DNA of 64,000 bases from Prochlorococcus sp. AG-363-O15 (GTDB taxonomy: Bacteria > Cyanobacteriota > Cyanobacteriia > PCC-6307 > Cyanobiaceae). Numbering within the stretch: the first letter of the stretch is position 1; each line of letters starts with the position of its first letter. The stretch is from assembly GCA_003278255.1 (NCBI GenBank), contig QCFZ01000003.1, forward strand, positions 55,450 to 119,449, read 5' to 3'. The notes under the pieces are model-generated. The model had not been told where the DNA came from. It saw only the letters and a list, made by a program, of their open reading frames with translations, and made no database searches. Made by a program: the position numbers and the translations under genes. Shown piece by piece: positions 1 through 7,918 of this stretch.

Positions 1-1160
1 TGATTAAATCAGACATTAACGTCGCAAGAATCAAAAGATCGTGTTATGCCCTTTTAATAGGTATTACAAGCATCATTTGCTTACCCTTAGTTGAAATAAT
101 CCCTATAAAAACTCTAAAGGCATCACCGTTAAATAAATTAACTAGCCAATCTTTTGTAGCTGATGCAGTTGGACGATCAGGTCCAGCAGTGGTGACATTA
201 GAAACTCAGCGAACAGTTATTTCACAAAGAAATAGAGGCTTACCTGATCGACTCTTGATGGATCCAGATTTGCAATTTTTTTTCGGAGCCCCAAGGATGG
301 GTTTTCCCAGATCCAGAGTTGAACGTGGACAAGGTAGTGGTGTCATTTTTACTGAAGATGGTCTGGTCCTTACAAACGCACATGTCGTGGAAAAAACTGA
401 TCAAGTAATGATTGGCATGTCAGATGGTCGAAGAGTGAGAGGTCAAGTAATAGGGCAAGATTCTCTGACTGATATTGCGGTAATACGCCTCAATGGATCC
501 GGACCCTGGCCTACGGCCCCTCTCGGTGATTCAGACAAGGTCTTAGTTGGGGATTGGGCAATCGCTGTTGGCAACCCTTATGGCCTTGAAAATACTGTGA
601 CTCTTGGCATTATCAGCAATCTGAATCGAAATCTCGCTCAACTAGGTATCTCAGGCAAAAGAGTAGATCTTATTCAAACTGATGCTGCAATTAATCCTGG
701 TAATTCTGGCGGGCCTTTACTCAACGCAAAGGGCGAGGTAATAGGTATTAATACACTAGTGCGATCTGGCCCAGGCGCAGGACTAGGTTTTGCAATACCA
801 ATCAATCGCGCAAGAGGAATAGCAAAACAACTTGTTGAGAAAGGTCAAGTCAGTCATCCAGTGATTGGGATCAGTCTTGCCGCTGTCTCAGCTACAAGTT
901 TAGAACAAAAAATACAAGCCAATAAAGGGGCTTTAGTCCGATACGTAATACCAAATAGTCCTGCCGATATTGGCAAGATGCAAACTGACGATATCATTCT
1001 CTCAGTGGGAAAAGAAAAAATAAATAGTCCTGGAAATGTTGTTACTGCAATAAATTCCCATGGAGTCAACAATCCACTTCGCTTTAAAATAAAAAGAAAA
1101 GGAAAAATTATCTTCTTGCTAATTACTCCAATAGAAATGAATATGCTTAATCGCAATTAG
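1..1160 (+). CDS. HtrA/DegP/Hho-family serine protease with C-terminal PDZ domain; 5' end at or 1 nt before the window edge
   Basis: Trypsin-like catalytic motifs are present (TNAHVV, DIAVI, GNSGGPL), followed by a PDZ-like tail. The frame is open from nt 3 back to the window start. The first bases 'tg att aaa' read as (A)TG-IKSDINVARIKRSCYALLIGITSIICLPLV, a signal/TM-like N-terminus, so the true start is probably 1 nt upstream of the window rather than the GTG at 189. Confidence 0.85.
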   Translation, partial: IKSDINVARIKRSCYALLIGITSIICLPLVEIIPIKTLKASPLNKLTSQSFVADAVGRSGPAVVTLETQRTVISQRNRGLPDRLLMDPDLQFFFGAPRMGFPRSRVERGQGSGVIFTEDGLVLTNAHVVEKTDQVMIGMSDGRRVRGQVIGQDSLTDIAVIRLNGSGPWPTAPLGDSDKVLVGDWAIAVGNPYGLENTVTLGIISNLNRNLAQLGISGKRVDLIQTDAAINPGNSGGPLLNAKGEVIGINTLVRSGPGAGLGFAIPINRARGIAKQLVEKGQVSHPVIGISLAAVSATSLEQKIQANKGALVRYVIPNSPADIGKMQTDDIILSVGKEKINSPGNVVTAINSHGVNNPLRFKIKRKGKIIFLLITPIEMNMLNRN

Positions 1161-1221
1161 GACAATTACAGTGAAACTCTGATGGTTATAAAGAAGATAT
1201 ACATAGACAACTTATTTAGCA

Positions 1222-1383
1222 TCAATCATCAGCATCTCTAAGTTGCTCTACGCAACGAGTTATACATTCACCATCATCAAGAGAACAAGTAGTGATGCAT
1301 TCAAAGTAGGTTTCTACAGGATCCCAACTATGCATATGAGCCTTGCCTTGATCACCTGAAAAACTGGAGGCATTACTGCTCAT
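1222..1383 (-). CDS. Small (53 aa) acidic Cys-rich protein with a duplicated ECITxC motif
   Basis: Hand-translated ATG..TGA ORF below the track cutoff: MSSNASSFSGDQGKAHMHSWDPVETYFECITTCSLDDGECITRCVEQLRDADD. It fills an otherwise empty 344-nt gap. Confidence 0.45.
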   Translation of the reverse strand: MSSNASSFSGDQGKAHMHSWDPVETYFECITTCSLDDGECITRCVEQLRDADD

Positions 1384-1504
1384 TTGCTCTAATCACTACT
1401 TTTGTCACCTTATGCACATCTTTATCTGCAGTAAAGAAAAATAAGTCTTCCTGCCTAAACGTTTGTAAAGTTTTTGTGGTATTTCAGTAAAAAGGCGCTT
1501 TAAC

Positions 1505-3223
1505 TCAACTTTTTCTTCTTGCTTTTCGCTTGCGCTGCCGATCTTTGTTCGCCAATCTTTTTGCCTCCTGTGCAGCTAAAGCCAATGCCTTCTCTGCAGC
1601 CAACTTTTCTTCAGCCTTTTTTTCAAGAAAATAATTGTAATCACCTCGATAAAGGATTAGTTCACCATCCCTCAATTCAACAATCCGATTAGCAACCCGA
1701 GAAATGAAATATCTATCATGAGAGATAATTAATGCTGAACCTTCAAAAGCGCTTAGTGCATCTTCTAACATTTGCTTGGCAGGAATATCTAAATGATTTG
1801 TTGGCTCATCAAGTACCAACAAATTACAAGGTTTTACAAGCATCAATGCTAAAGCAAGTCTGGCTTTTTCTCCCCCGCTAAGTTGAGCGACTTCTTTAAA
1901 GACTGAGTCATTGCTCAAGCAAAAGTTTCCCAATAAAGAGCGAACTTTAGTCTGTGTCCAATCTGGTACTACTTCAAACATAGTATCTAGAACAGTTTTA
2001 TCAAGATCCAAAGCCTCGGCTTGATTCTGTTCAAAATAACCAGCTATAACATTATGTTTACCAATAGAGGCATTGCCTTCGTCAGGCTTCTCTATACCCA
2101 TAATCAAACGCAAAAGAGTTGACTTACCTGAACCATTAGGGCCAACAAAAGCAACCTTGTTTCCAGATTCAATTTCAAGATTTGCCCCTAAAAATAATAT
2201 ATTATCTCCATAACTGTGTGTCAAATCGCCAACTATAGCCACCTGACTACCAGATCTGATGGCAGGTGGAAATTGGAAATTAGGCTTACTTTCACTAATT
2301 ATAGGGGCTTCAATTCTATCTATTTTTTCTAGCAATTTTTCTCTACTTTTGGCTTGAGTACTCCTAGTTGCACTTGCACGGAATCTATCTACATATGCCT
2401 GTTGTAGAGATAATTCTTTTTGTTGCCTTTCGAAAGCAGATCGAATAGCTTCTTCTTCTAATCTTTTTTGTTCAATATAAGTAGAGTAGTTTCCTAAGTA
2501 AGTTCTAGAAACTCCTCTCTCTGTGCTAACAATCTGGGTGCAGGTCTTATCTAAAAATGCTCTATCATGACTAATTAATACCATTGCCGCTGTCTGTTCA
2601 AGCAAATAGCTTTCAAGCCATTGAATAGTATCTATGTCTAAATGATTAGTAGGTTCATCTAATAAAAGAAGATCAGGCTCTTGTAAAAGAATCTTGCCTA
2701 GGCCAATTCTCATTTGCCAACCACCTGAATAATCTCCAACTAGCCGGTCTGCATCTGATGAAGAAAATCCAATAGAAGGTAGAAGTTTTTCAATTTGAGC
2801 CTCAAGCTCATAACCATGCAAAGCCTCAAATTGACTTTGCAATATGCCTAAATCTTTAATCAGATTGTCTAGATAATTTGGATCCATATTCGCTTTATCT
2901 GATTCCATAGCCTTCTCAACTGCTTGTTGTTTACTCAGTACTGCTGCAGCTTCACAAAAAGCCTGAAAAAGCTCTTCTCTAACAGTTCTATTTACATCCA
3001 CATCAAACTCTTGCCGCAAGTAGGCAATGCGAGGGTTTCCCTGGCGCAAGATCTTTCCAGTACTAGCTTCTTCTAGCCCAGCAATAATCTTCAACTGAGT
3101 GGATTTACCTGCACCATTGACCCCAACTAGACCGATTCGATCTCCAGGCTTAATTTCCCAAGTGATATCTCTGAGGACTTCGCCAGTGGGATAAATTTTG
3201 CTAATTCGCTCTAGTCGAAGCAC
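1505..3223 (-). CDS. ABC-F family ATPase (two ABC cassettes, no TM domain; Uup/YheS/EttA-like)
   Basis: Two Walker A sites (GVNGAGKST, GPNGSGKST), two LSGG signature motifs, an inter-domain linker and a basic coiled-coil C-terminus. Confidence 0.9.
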   Translation of the reverse strand: MLRLERISKIYPTGEVLRDITWEIKPGDRIGLVGVNGAGKSTQLKIIAGLEEASTGKILRQGNPRIAYLRQEFDVDVNRTVREELFQAFCEAAAVLSKQQAVEKAMESDKANMDPNYLDNLIKDLGILQSQFEALHGYELEAQIEKLLPSIGFSSSDADRLVGDYSGGWQMRIGLGKILLQEPDLLLLDEPTNHLDIDTIQWLESYLLEQTAAMVLISHDRAFLDKTCTQIVSTERGVSRTYLGNYSTYIEQKRLEEEAIRSAFERQQKELSLQQAYVDRFRASATRSTQAKSREKLLEKIDRIEAPIISESKPNFQFPPAIRSGSQVAIVGDLTHSYGDNILFLGANLEIESGNKVAFVGPNGSGKSTLLRLIMGIEKPDEGNASIGKHNVIAGYFEQNQAEALDLDKTVLDTMFEVVPDWTQTKVRSLLGNFCLSNDSVFKEVAQLSGGEKARLALALMLVKPCNLLVLDEPTNHLDIPAKQMLEDALSAFEGSALIISHDRYFISRVANRIVELRDGELILYRGDYNYFLEKKAEEKLAAEKALALAAQEAKRLANKDRQRKRKARRKS

Positions 3224-3301
3224 CTGTTCAGGCCGGCATCATGTCCATCATCCAACCTTGCCCAAGAGCAGACTGGAAATTCTTCAAAAGTAATTAACCT
3301 C

Positions 3302-3493
3302 ATGTTGAGACTAGAACAAGTAACTGCTCTGGTTTTAGCTGCAGGCTTAGCAATTCCTAGCTATTGGTTTTTTTGGAGTATGGCTGGAGGTGGAGGTTAC
3401 GACCGCAGAAAAGAGCAATCAATTCCTATGGTTCTTCCCAAAAAGCAACCAAATCAAATACCCAACTCTTCTATAGCCCCCCACGAGCCTTAA
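3302..3493 (+). CDS. Hypothetical small single-TM protein
   Basis: ORF only. It has one hydrophobic helix (VTALVLAAGLAIPSYWFFW) and overlaps the 3' end of the convergent 3471..3701 ORF by 23 nt. No family recognised. Confidence 0.25.
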   Translation: MLRLEQVTALVLAAGLAIPSYWFFWSMAGGGGYDRRKEQSIPMVLPKKQPNQIPNSSIAPHEP

Positions 3494-3701
3494 TCACCCA
3501 TTGCTTTGTATCCGCATCATCCAATTTCGCCAAATGTGCTTTCACTTCTGAAACTGTTACGGGCAAACCAAGATTCTCTCCAAATTCACATATTGCCTTC
3601 AAAGCACCTTGAGGATCTTGGAGTGCTTGCCGAAAGAGAGCTTGTGTATGTTCAGGGTTCTCCTGAATGCGCTTATAAAGCTTTTCCGCATTACTAGCCA
3701 T
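3471..3701 (-). CDS. Nif11-domain / Nif11-type leader-like small protein (76 aa) ending ...KARGG-L
   Basis: The helical pattern LYKRIQENPEHTQALFRQALQDPQGALKAICEFGENLGLPVTVSEVKAHL resembles Nif11 N-terminal domains. A double glycine precedes the last residue. Confidence 0.5.
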   Translation of the reverse strand: MASNAEKLYKRIQENPEHTQALFRQALQDPQGALKAICEFGENLGLPVTVSEVKAHLAKLDDADTKQWVIKARGGL

Positions 3702-3734
3702 TGGAGATTGAGTAAGTATCCAAACACTATTGAG

Positions 3735-4088
3735 TCATGCAGCTTTTGACTCGATTTGTGGCTGATAAGTTTTATCGATTTCTGCTTCTCGCATTCCAGT
3801 CGCAGAAGCATCCTCCATACTTCTAGCGTCCATACATAAAACTTTTCTTAATTGGGCAAAATTGGCAGCATGAGATGCTCTCCCCTGCTGAACTGCACCA
3901 TATTCCGCGCGTTGCAAGACTTGATGCAAATGAGTTAGCAAATAGCTACTAATCACTGCAGATATCAATACATCACTTGTGTCTTTACTCTTCTGAACTC
4001 TTCTCTTCCGATTGCTTTGAGAAACACGATTCCTAACCTTGCGCGAAACAGGAGACTTTGAAGAAGACGTAAGAGTGGGTTTAGTCAT
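3735..4088 (-). CDS. Hypothetical protein with a basic Ser/Arg/Lys-rich N-terminus
   Basis: ORF 3735..4121. I prefer the ATG at 4088 (MTKPTLTSSS...). It sits in tandem with the Nif11-like ORF and diverges from the RHH gene. No family recognised. Confidence 0.45.
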   Translation of the reverse strand: MTKPTLTSSSKSPVSRKVRNRVSQSNRKRRVQKSKDTSDVLISAVISSYLLTHLHQVLQRAEYGAVQQGRASHAANFAQLRKVLCMDARSMEDASATGMREAEIDKTYQPQIESKAA

Positions 4089-4215
4089 TGAAAAATCCTT
4101 TGAACGAACTGACCCCCGCAAGGAACATAGGGGTCATTTACTAAAAAGCATACTCCTGGATACTACCCTTGCACACCTCTGTACACTAATTATTAACCGT
4201 TACTTTTTGTGGGTA

Positions 4216-4518
4216 GTGGCAACACGACAACAATCATCGAACGGAAGACCCAAGTCTCCAAGAGTTCAGGTAGTTCTGCCAGAAGATTTGTGTGAGCGCC
4301 TGACATCACTTGCAAACAAAGAATCTAGAACCATTAGTAATATGGCAAAAGTTCTTATTCAGGAAGGCGTCACAAGATATGAACAAAGTCATATGACATC
4401 TAATAATCAATCATCTTCTTTAGATATTCCAGAAGGATTTCGGTCTGCCTTAGAAGCACAACAAACCAAACGATTAAGAGGAGCCCCTAAACGAATTCGT
4501 TTTTATCGACCTTCCTAA
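4216..4518 (+). CDS. Ribbon-helix-helix (CopG/Arc/MetJ-like) DNA-binding protein
   Basis: RVQVVLPEDLCERLTSLANKESRTISNMAKVLIQEGV is a typical RHH beta-alpha-alpha segment. I chose the GTG at 4216 because the track start at 4039 would overlap the divergent gene. Confidence 0.6.
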   Translation: MATRQQSSNGRPKSPRVQVVLPEDLCERLTSLANKESRTISNMAKVLIQEGVTRYEQSHMTSNNQSSSLDIPEGFRSALEAQQTKRLRGAPKRIRFYRPS

Positions 4519-4556
4519 TACAACACTTTCATGATAATCAATCAGAATAGATGTCA

Positions 4557-5693
4557 TCAATTATTAACCATTACACCAAGAACTGCTGCTTTTTTCGCTC
4601 CAGTCACAGAAGGATAGTTACCAGGATATTTTAAAACATGCCACCAAGATAGAAGCGCAAAAGCTAAAGGCTCTCGAGCCTCTACAGGTATGCCTTTTTC
4701 TTGAATACTTATAACCCGCATTCCTCGACATCTAGATCTTATTTGACTTAGCAGTATTGGATTACGACAACCACCACCAGCTACTAAAAGTTCAATAGGG
4801 TTAATCAACTGATGTTCGCGTACTTTAGATAATTCATTTGCAACTACTGCAGCAGTAAATGCTGTAAGTGTTGCCACTATATCTTCACTTGAAAACTCGG
4901 ACATCTCGACAAGTCTTTGCTCCAAATCTTTAGAGCCAAATTGTTCTCTACCGGTTGATTTTGGAGGTTGAATCTTAAAGAAATCCTCTTCCAACCAATT
5001 TTCAATTATAAGTTCATTGACCACACCCCTTTCAGCAAATGATCCATCATGGTCATATAAATTCTTGCCATTAGTGAAGTTCTGAATTGAAAGGTCAATC
5101 AAGCTATTACCAGGACCACAATCCCATCCTTTAACAAAGCTAAAGCGTTGATAACCACAATTTGGCGGTATTAAAGTTAAATTAGCTATACCACCAATAT
5201 TTAAAACTGCTCGCCAACCTTTATCCCGTCCAAGAATAGCTTCATCTAATAATGGAACCAACGGAGCTCCATGACCTCCGTGGGCTAAATCTTTTGATCT
5301 GAAGTCATAGATAACAGGTCGATTAACAAGCTTTGCAAGCAAAGGTGCTTGAAGAATCTGCCAACTAGCTCCACGAAGACTTTGAGAAGGTGGACGATGC
5401 CAAAGAGTTTGACCATGACAACCAACTATTTCTGCTTTAGCTTTTGGATCACATGCAAAAACTGCCTGAGCATAAACTTCAGTAATATTTTCGGCCAGTT
5501 CAAGATAATCTTTACTACTTAATTGGAGACCTTGACCGACATTAATAATCGTCTTTTGAAGACTTGGTAGATATGGAATAGAAGCAAGGTTTAGTAGTTG
5601 CCATTTAGGTCGTTTAGGGTTTCCATAAAACTTTGCCAAAACTGCATCGACCCCATCGGCACTAGTGCCACTCATGAGTCCTAGCACAAGCAT
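4557..5693 (-). CDS. anmK: Anhydro-N-acetylmuramic acid kinase
   Basis: N-terminal GLMSGTSADGVDAVL motif, the expected length (378 aa), and the GGG..N C-terminal ATPase motif of the AnmK family. Confidence 0.9.
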   Translation of the reverse strand: MLVLGLMSGTSADGVDAVLAKFYGNPKRPKWQLLNLASIPYLPSLQKTIINVGQGLQLSSKDYLELAENITEVYAQAVFACDPKAKAEIVGCHGQTLWHRPPSQSLRGASWQILQAPLLAKLVNRPVIYDFRSKDLAHGGHGAPLVPLLDEAILGRDKGWRAVLNIGGIANLTLIPPNCGYQRFSFVKGWDCGPGNSLIDLSIQNFTNGKNLYDHDGSFAERGVVNELIIENWLEEDFFKIQPPKSTGREQFGSKDLEQRLVEMSEFSSEDIVATLTAFTAAVVANELSKVREHQLINPIELLVAGGGCRNPILLSQIRSRCRGMRVISIQEKGIPVEAREPLAFALLSWWHVLKYPGNYPSVTGAKKAAVLGVMVNN

Positions 5694-5697
5694 AAGT

Positions 5698-6402
5698 TCA
5701 GATCTTGGGGAGCTTTTGTAAGTCCTCCATCAAACCCATAACCACAAGAACATACTCAGGTTGTAAGACATATGTAGCAGGAGGATTAACAGTCAGTTGT
5801 TCTTTTGGGCCCGCAGCTAAAACATTCACTAAATAATTTTTACGTAAATTTAAATCTCTAAGAGAACGTCCAACAAATACCTCAGGAACCTTTATTTCAT
5901 CAATACCTGTCTGATCATCTAATTCCAGCCTTTCAATCAAATTTGGACGTACAAGTTCAAGTCCTAATCTTTCTCCTTGCATCCTAGATGGAAAAACAAC
6001 TCGATCTGCACCCACTCTTTTCAACATTTTTTCATGTAGATCACTAGTGGCTCTTGCTATTACATGCTCAACTCGACTGCCTTCACTATCTTTTGCAATC
6101 AAAGTAGTTGTGATGCTTGCTTCAATCGGTTCACTTATACCAACAACAACAGTTCCCATCTCAAGTACACCAGCCGCTCGCATAGATTCCTCATCAGTTG
6201 AATCAACAACTCGAGCTTCAATGGAAGGTTCCAATTGACGTAATTCCTCAATAGCTTTTTCAGAAGAATCGACTGCCAAAACATCTACACCATTGCGAAT
6301 CAACTCTCTACAAACAGCACTGCCAAAACGTCCAATGCCAACAACAGCAAATCCGAGCTCGTCAGTTGACTGTCTAGGTAACCAATGCCACCAATCACTC
6401 AT
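5698..6402 (-). CDS. ktrA: K+ uptake system peripheral NAD-binding subunit (KtrA/TrkA-type, RCK N+C domains)
   Basis: Rossmann GxGxxG (VVGIGRFGSAV) is followed by a TrkA-C-like domain. At 234 aa it is of the KtrA size class. It lies directly downstream of the membrane subunit. Confidence 0.85.
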   Translation of the reverse strand: MSDWWHWLPRQSTDELGFAVVGIGRFGSAVCRELIRNGVDVLAVDSSEKAIEELRQLEPSIEARVVDSTDEESMRAAGVLEMGTVVVGISEPIEASITTTLIAKDSEGSRVEHVIARATSDLHEKMLKRVGADRVVFPSRMQGERLGLELVRPNLIERLELDDQTGIDEIKVPEVFVGRSLRDLNLRKNYLVNVLAAGPKEQLTVNPPATYVLQPEYVLVVMGLMEDLQKLPKI

Positions 6403-6426
6403 ACCTTTTCCTCAACATTAGAAGAA

Positions 6427-7830
6427 TTAAACATAGAGATCCTCACGGGGATAACCAATTCGATTCTGATGGTGCAACTTACCCCGATTTAAAACTTCCC
6501 AGATAGCACTCAAAAGCAGAAGAATACCTAATCTTCCAACAAACATACCTATGATCAACACAAACTGACCAAAATGATTCAATTGTTCTGTAACTCCCAC
6601 ATCAAATCCAACAGTTGCGAATGCAGAAATACAAGTAAAAAGCATTGCCAAAAATGAAAAAGACTGTTGTCCCCCTTGATTACTCGTCATGCTTAGGATT
6701 AAAGCCATAAACAAAACAAAAAGTAAAGACCCCACAGTTATGCCAACGGCTTTTAAAACCACCTTGTCAGAAATTTGACGATTGCGAATTACTACATCAT
6801 CTTGCCCACGCAAAGTAGAGCGCGTGGCTGCCATCAAAGCTGCCAAAGTAGTTGTTTTAATACCACCACCAGTTCCCCCAGGACTAGCTCCTATAAACAT
6901 AAGTGTCATTAGGAGCAATAAACCTGAATCAGAAATAGCTTGAGTTGATATTTCCATATTGGTAAAACCAGCAGTTCTTGCACTAATTGATTGAAATAAA
7001 GCGGTAGTAATTCTCTCACCCCAACCCACTACTGATAGAGAGGTTCCATGACCTAAAGTCTCAGTAATCAACAAGCCAAATGTTCCGACGAGAATAAGCA
7101 GTAGAGATGTACGTAAGACCAAGCGTGTATGCAAGCTCAGATTCTTACGACTCAAATCATTGCGGTTACTCCATAAATCACTTGTAACTCTCCACCCTAA
7201 TCCCCCTAATAAAATCAATGAAATAATTACTGCATTAACTACCCAATTCATCTGATAATCTTCCATACTATTTGCCCAAAGACCAAAACCTGCATTGTTA
7301 TAAGCAGAGATACTATGAAATAAAGATGCCCAAAGCCTTTCACCTGGAGGACCTATATTATTAAAGCCAAAGAAATATAAAATTATTGCACCAATAATAA
7401 TTAAAACTGTCGCTGTAAAGGCAATGCCTCGAAAAGTTCTTCCAACTCCACCAACTCCAAACTCATCAAGGGTCTTCCCTCGATCAAGACGGCATCTCAA
7501 TTCAGTTCCTCGAACCACAAATCCTTGCAGAAAAGTAGTAATTGCCATCAAGCCAAGACCACCTATTAATAACATTGATGCCAAGCAAATTTGACCTAAG
7601 AATGTCAAATCTTCTCTGATATCGATAACGGTTAATCCAGTGACAGTTATAGCAGAAGTTGCTGTAAAGAAAGCCTCCCATAATCCAACTTTTGCTGAAG
7701 AACAAATTGGATTAGAGATCAAAATTGTACCAAGAGAGATTATTAATAATCCAGTTACTACAGTAAACTGTGGTACCGTCATTTTGCGGTACCACTCTTG
7801 TGGGCGATGAATAGCTTTAGGAAATTTCAC
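6427..7830 (-). CDS. ktrB: K+ transporter membrane subunit (TrkH/KtrB family)
   Basis: Polytopic protein with the repeated selectivity-filter-like glycines of the TrkH/KtrB family (TVTGL, NAGFG, RTAGF, TVGFD). Confidence 0.85.
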   Translation of the reverse strand: MKFPKAIHRPQEWYRKMTVPQFTVVTGLLIISLGTILISNPICSSAKVGLWEAFFTATSAITVTGLTVIDIREDLTFLGQICLASMLLIGGLGLMAITTFLQGFVVRGTELRCRLDRGKTLDEFGVGGVGRTFRGIAFTATVLIIIGAIILYFFGFNNIGPPGERLWASLFHSISAYNNAGFGLWANSMEDYQMNWVVNAVIISLILLGGLGWRVTSDLWSNRNDLSRKNLSLHTRLVLRTSLLLILVGTFGLLITETLGHGTSLSVVGWGERITTALFQSISARTAGFTNMEISTQAISDSGLLLLMTLMFIGASPGGTGGGIKTTTLAALMAATRSTLRGQDDVVIRNRQISDKVVLKAVGITVGSLLFVLFMALILSMTSNQGGQQSFSFLAMLFTCISAFATVGFDVGVTEQLNHFGQFVLIIGMFVGRLGILLLLSAIWEVLNRGKLHHQNRIGYPREDLYV

Positions 7831-7918
7831 TGAAAAGTGCTAAGTCAGAAAATTAAAATCCATAGAAGGAAATCCTTGTTTCAATTAAATACTTAGATAC
7901 TTAAATACTTCATATCTA

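Noticed and set aside
854-1156. 100-aa minus-strand ORF inside the HtrA-family gene
   Set aside because: It is an antisense shadow ORF within a well-supported protease/PDZ coding region.
1384-1504. Possible glutamine (glnA-type) riboswitch upstream of the Cys-rich mini-ORF
   Set aside because: The leader contains GGCAGGAAGAC but lacks the conserved CGTTCA...GGAAGTAGG...GAAGGAACG core as I remember it.
3471-3701. Calling the Nif11-like ORF a prochlorosin/lanthipeptide precursor
   Set aside because: Only one residue follows the GG motif, there are no Cys/Ser/Thr-rich core residues, and no LanM or C39-ABC gene lies in the window. I kept it only as a Nif11-like peptide of unknown role.
3364-3811. 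Track ORFs 3364..3612(+), 3506..3697(+) and 3599..3811(-)
   Set aside because: These are alternative-frame or antisense shadows of the Nif11-like ORF and its neighbour. They have no motifs and are mutually incompatible.
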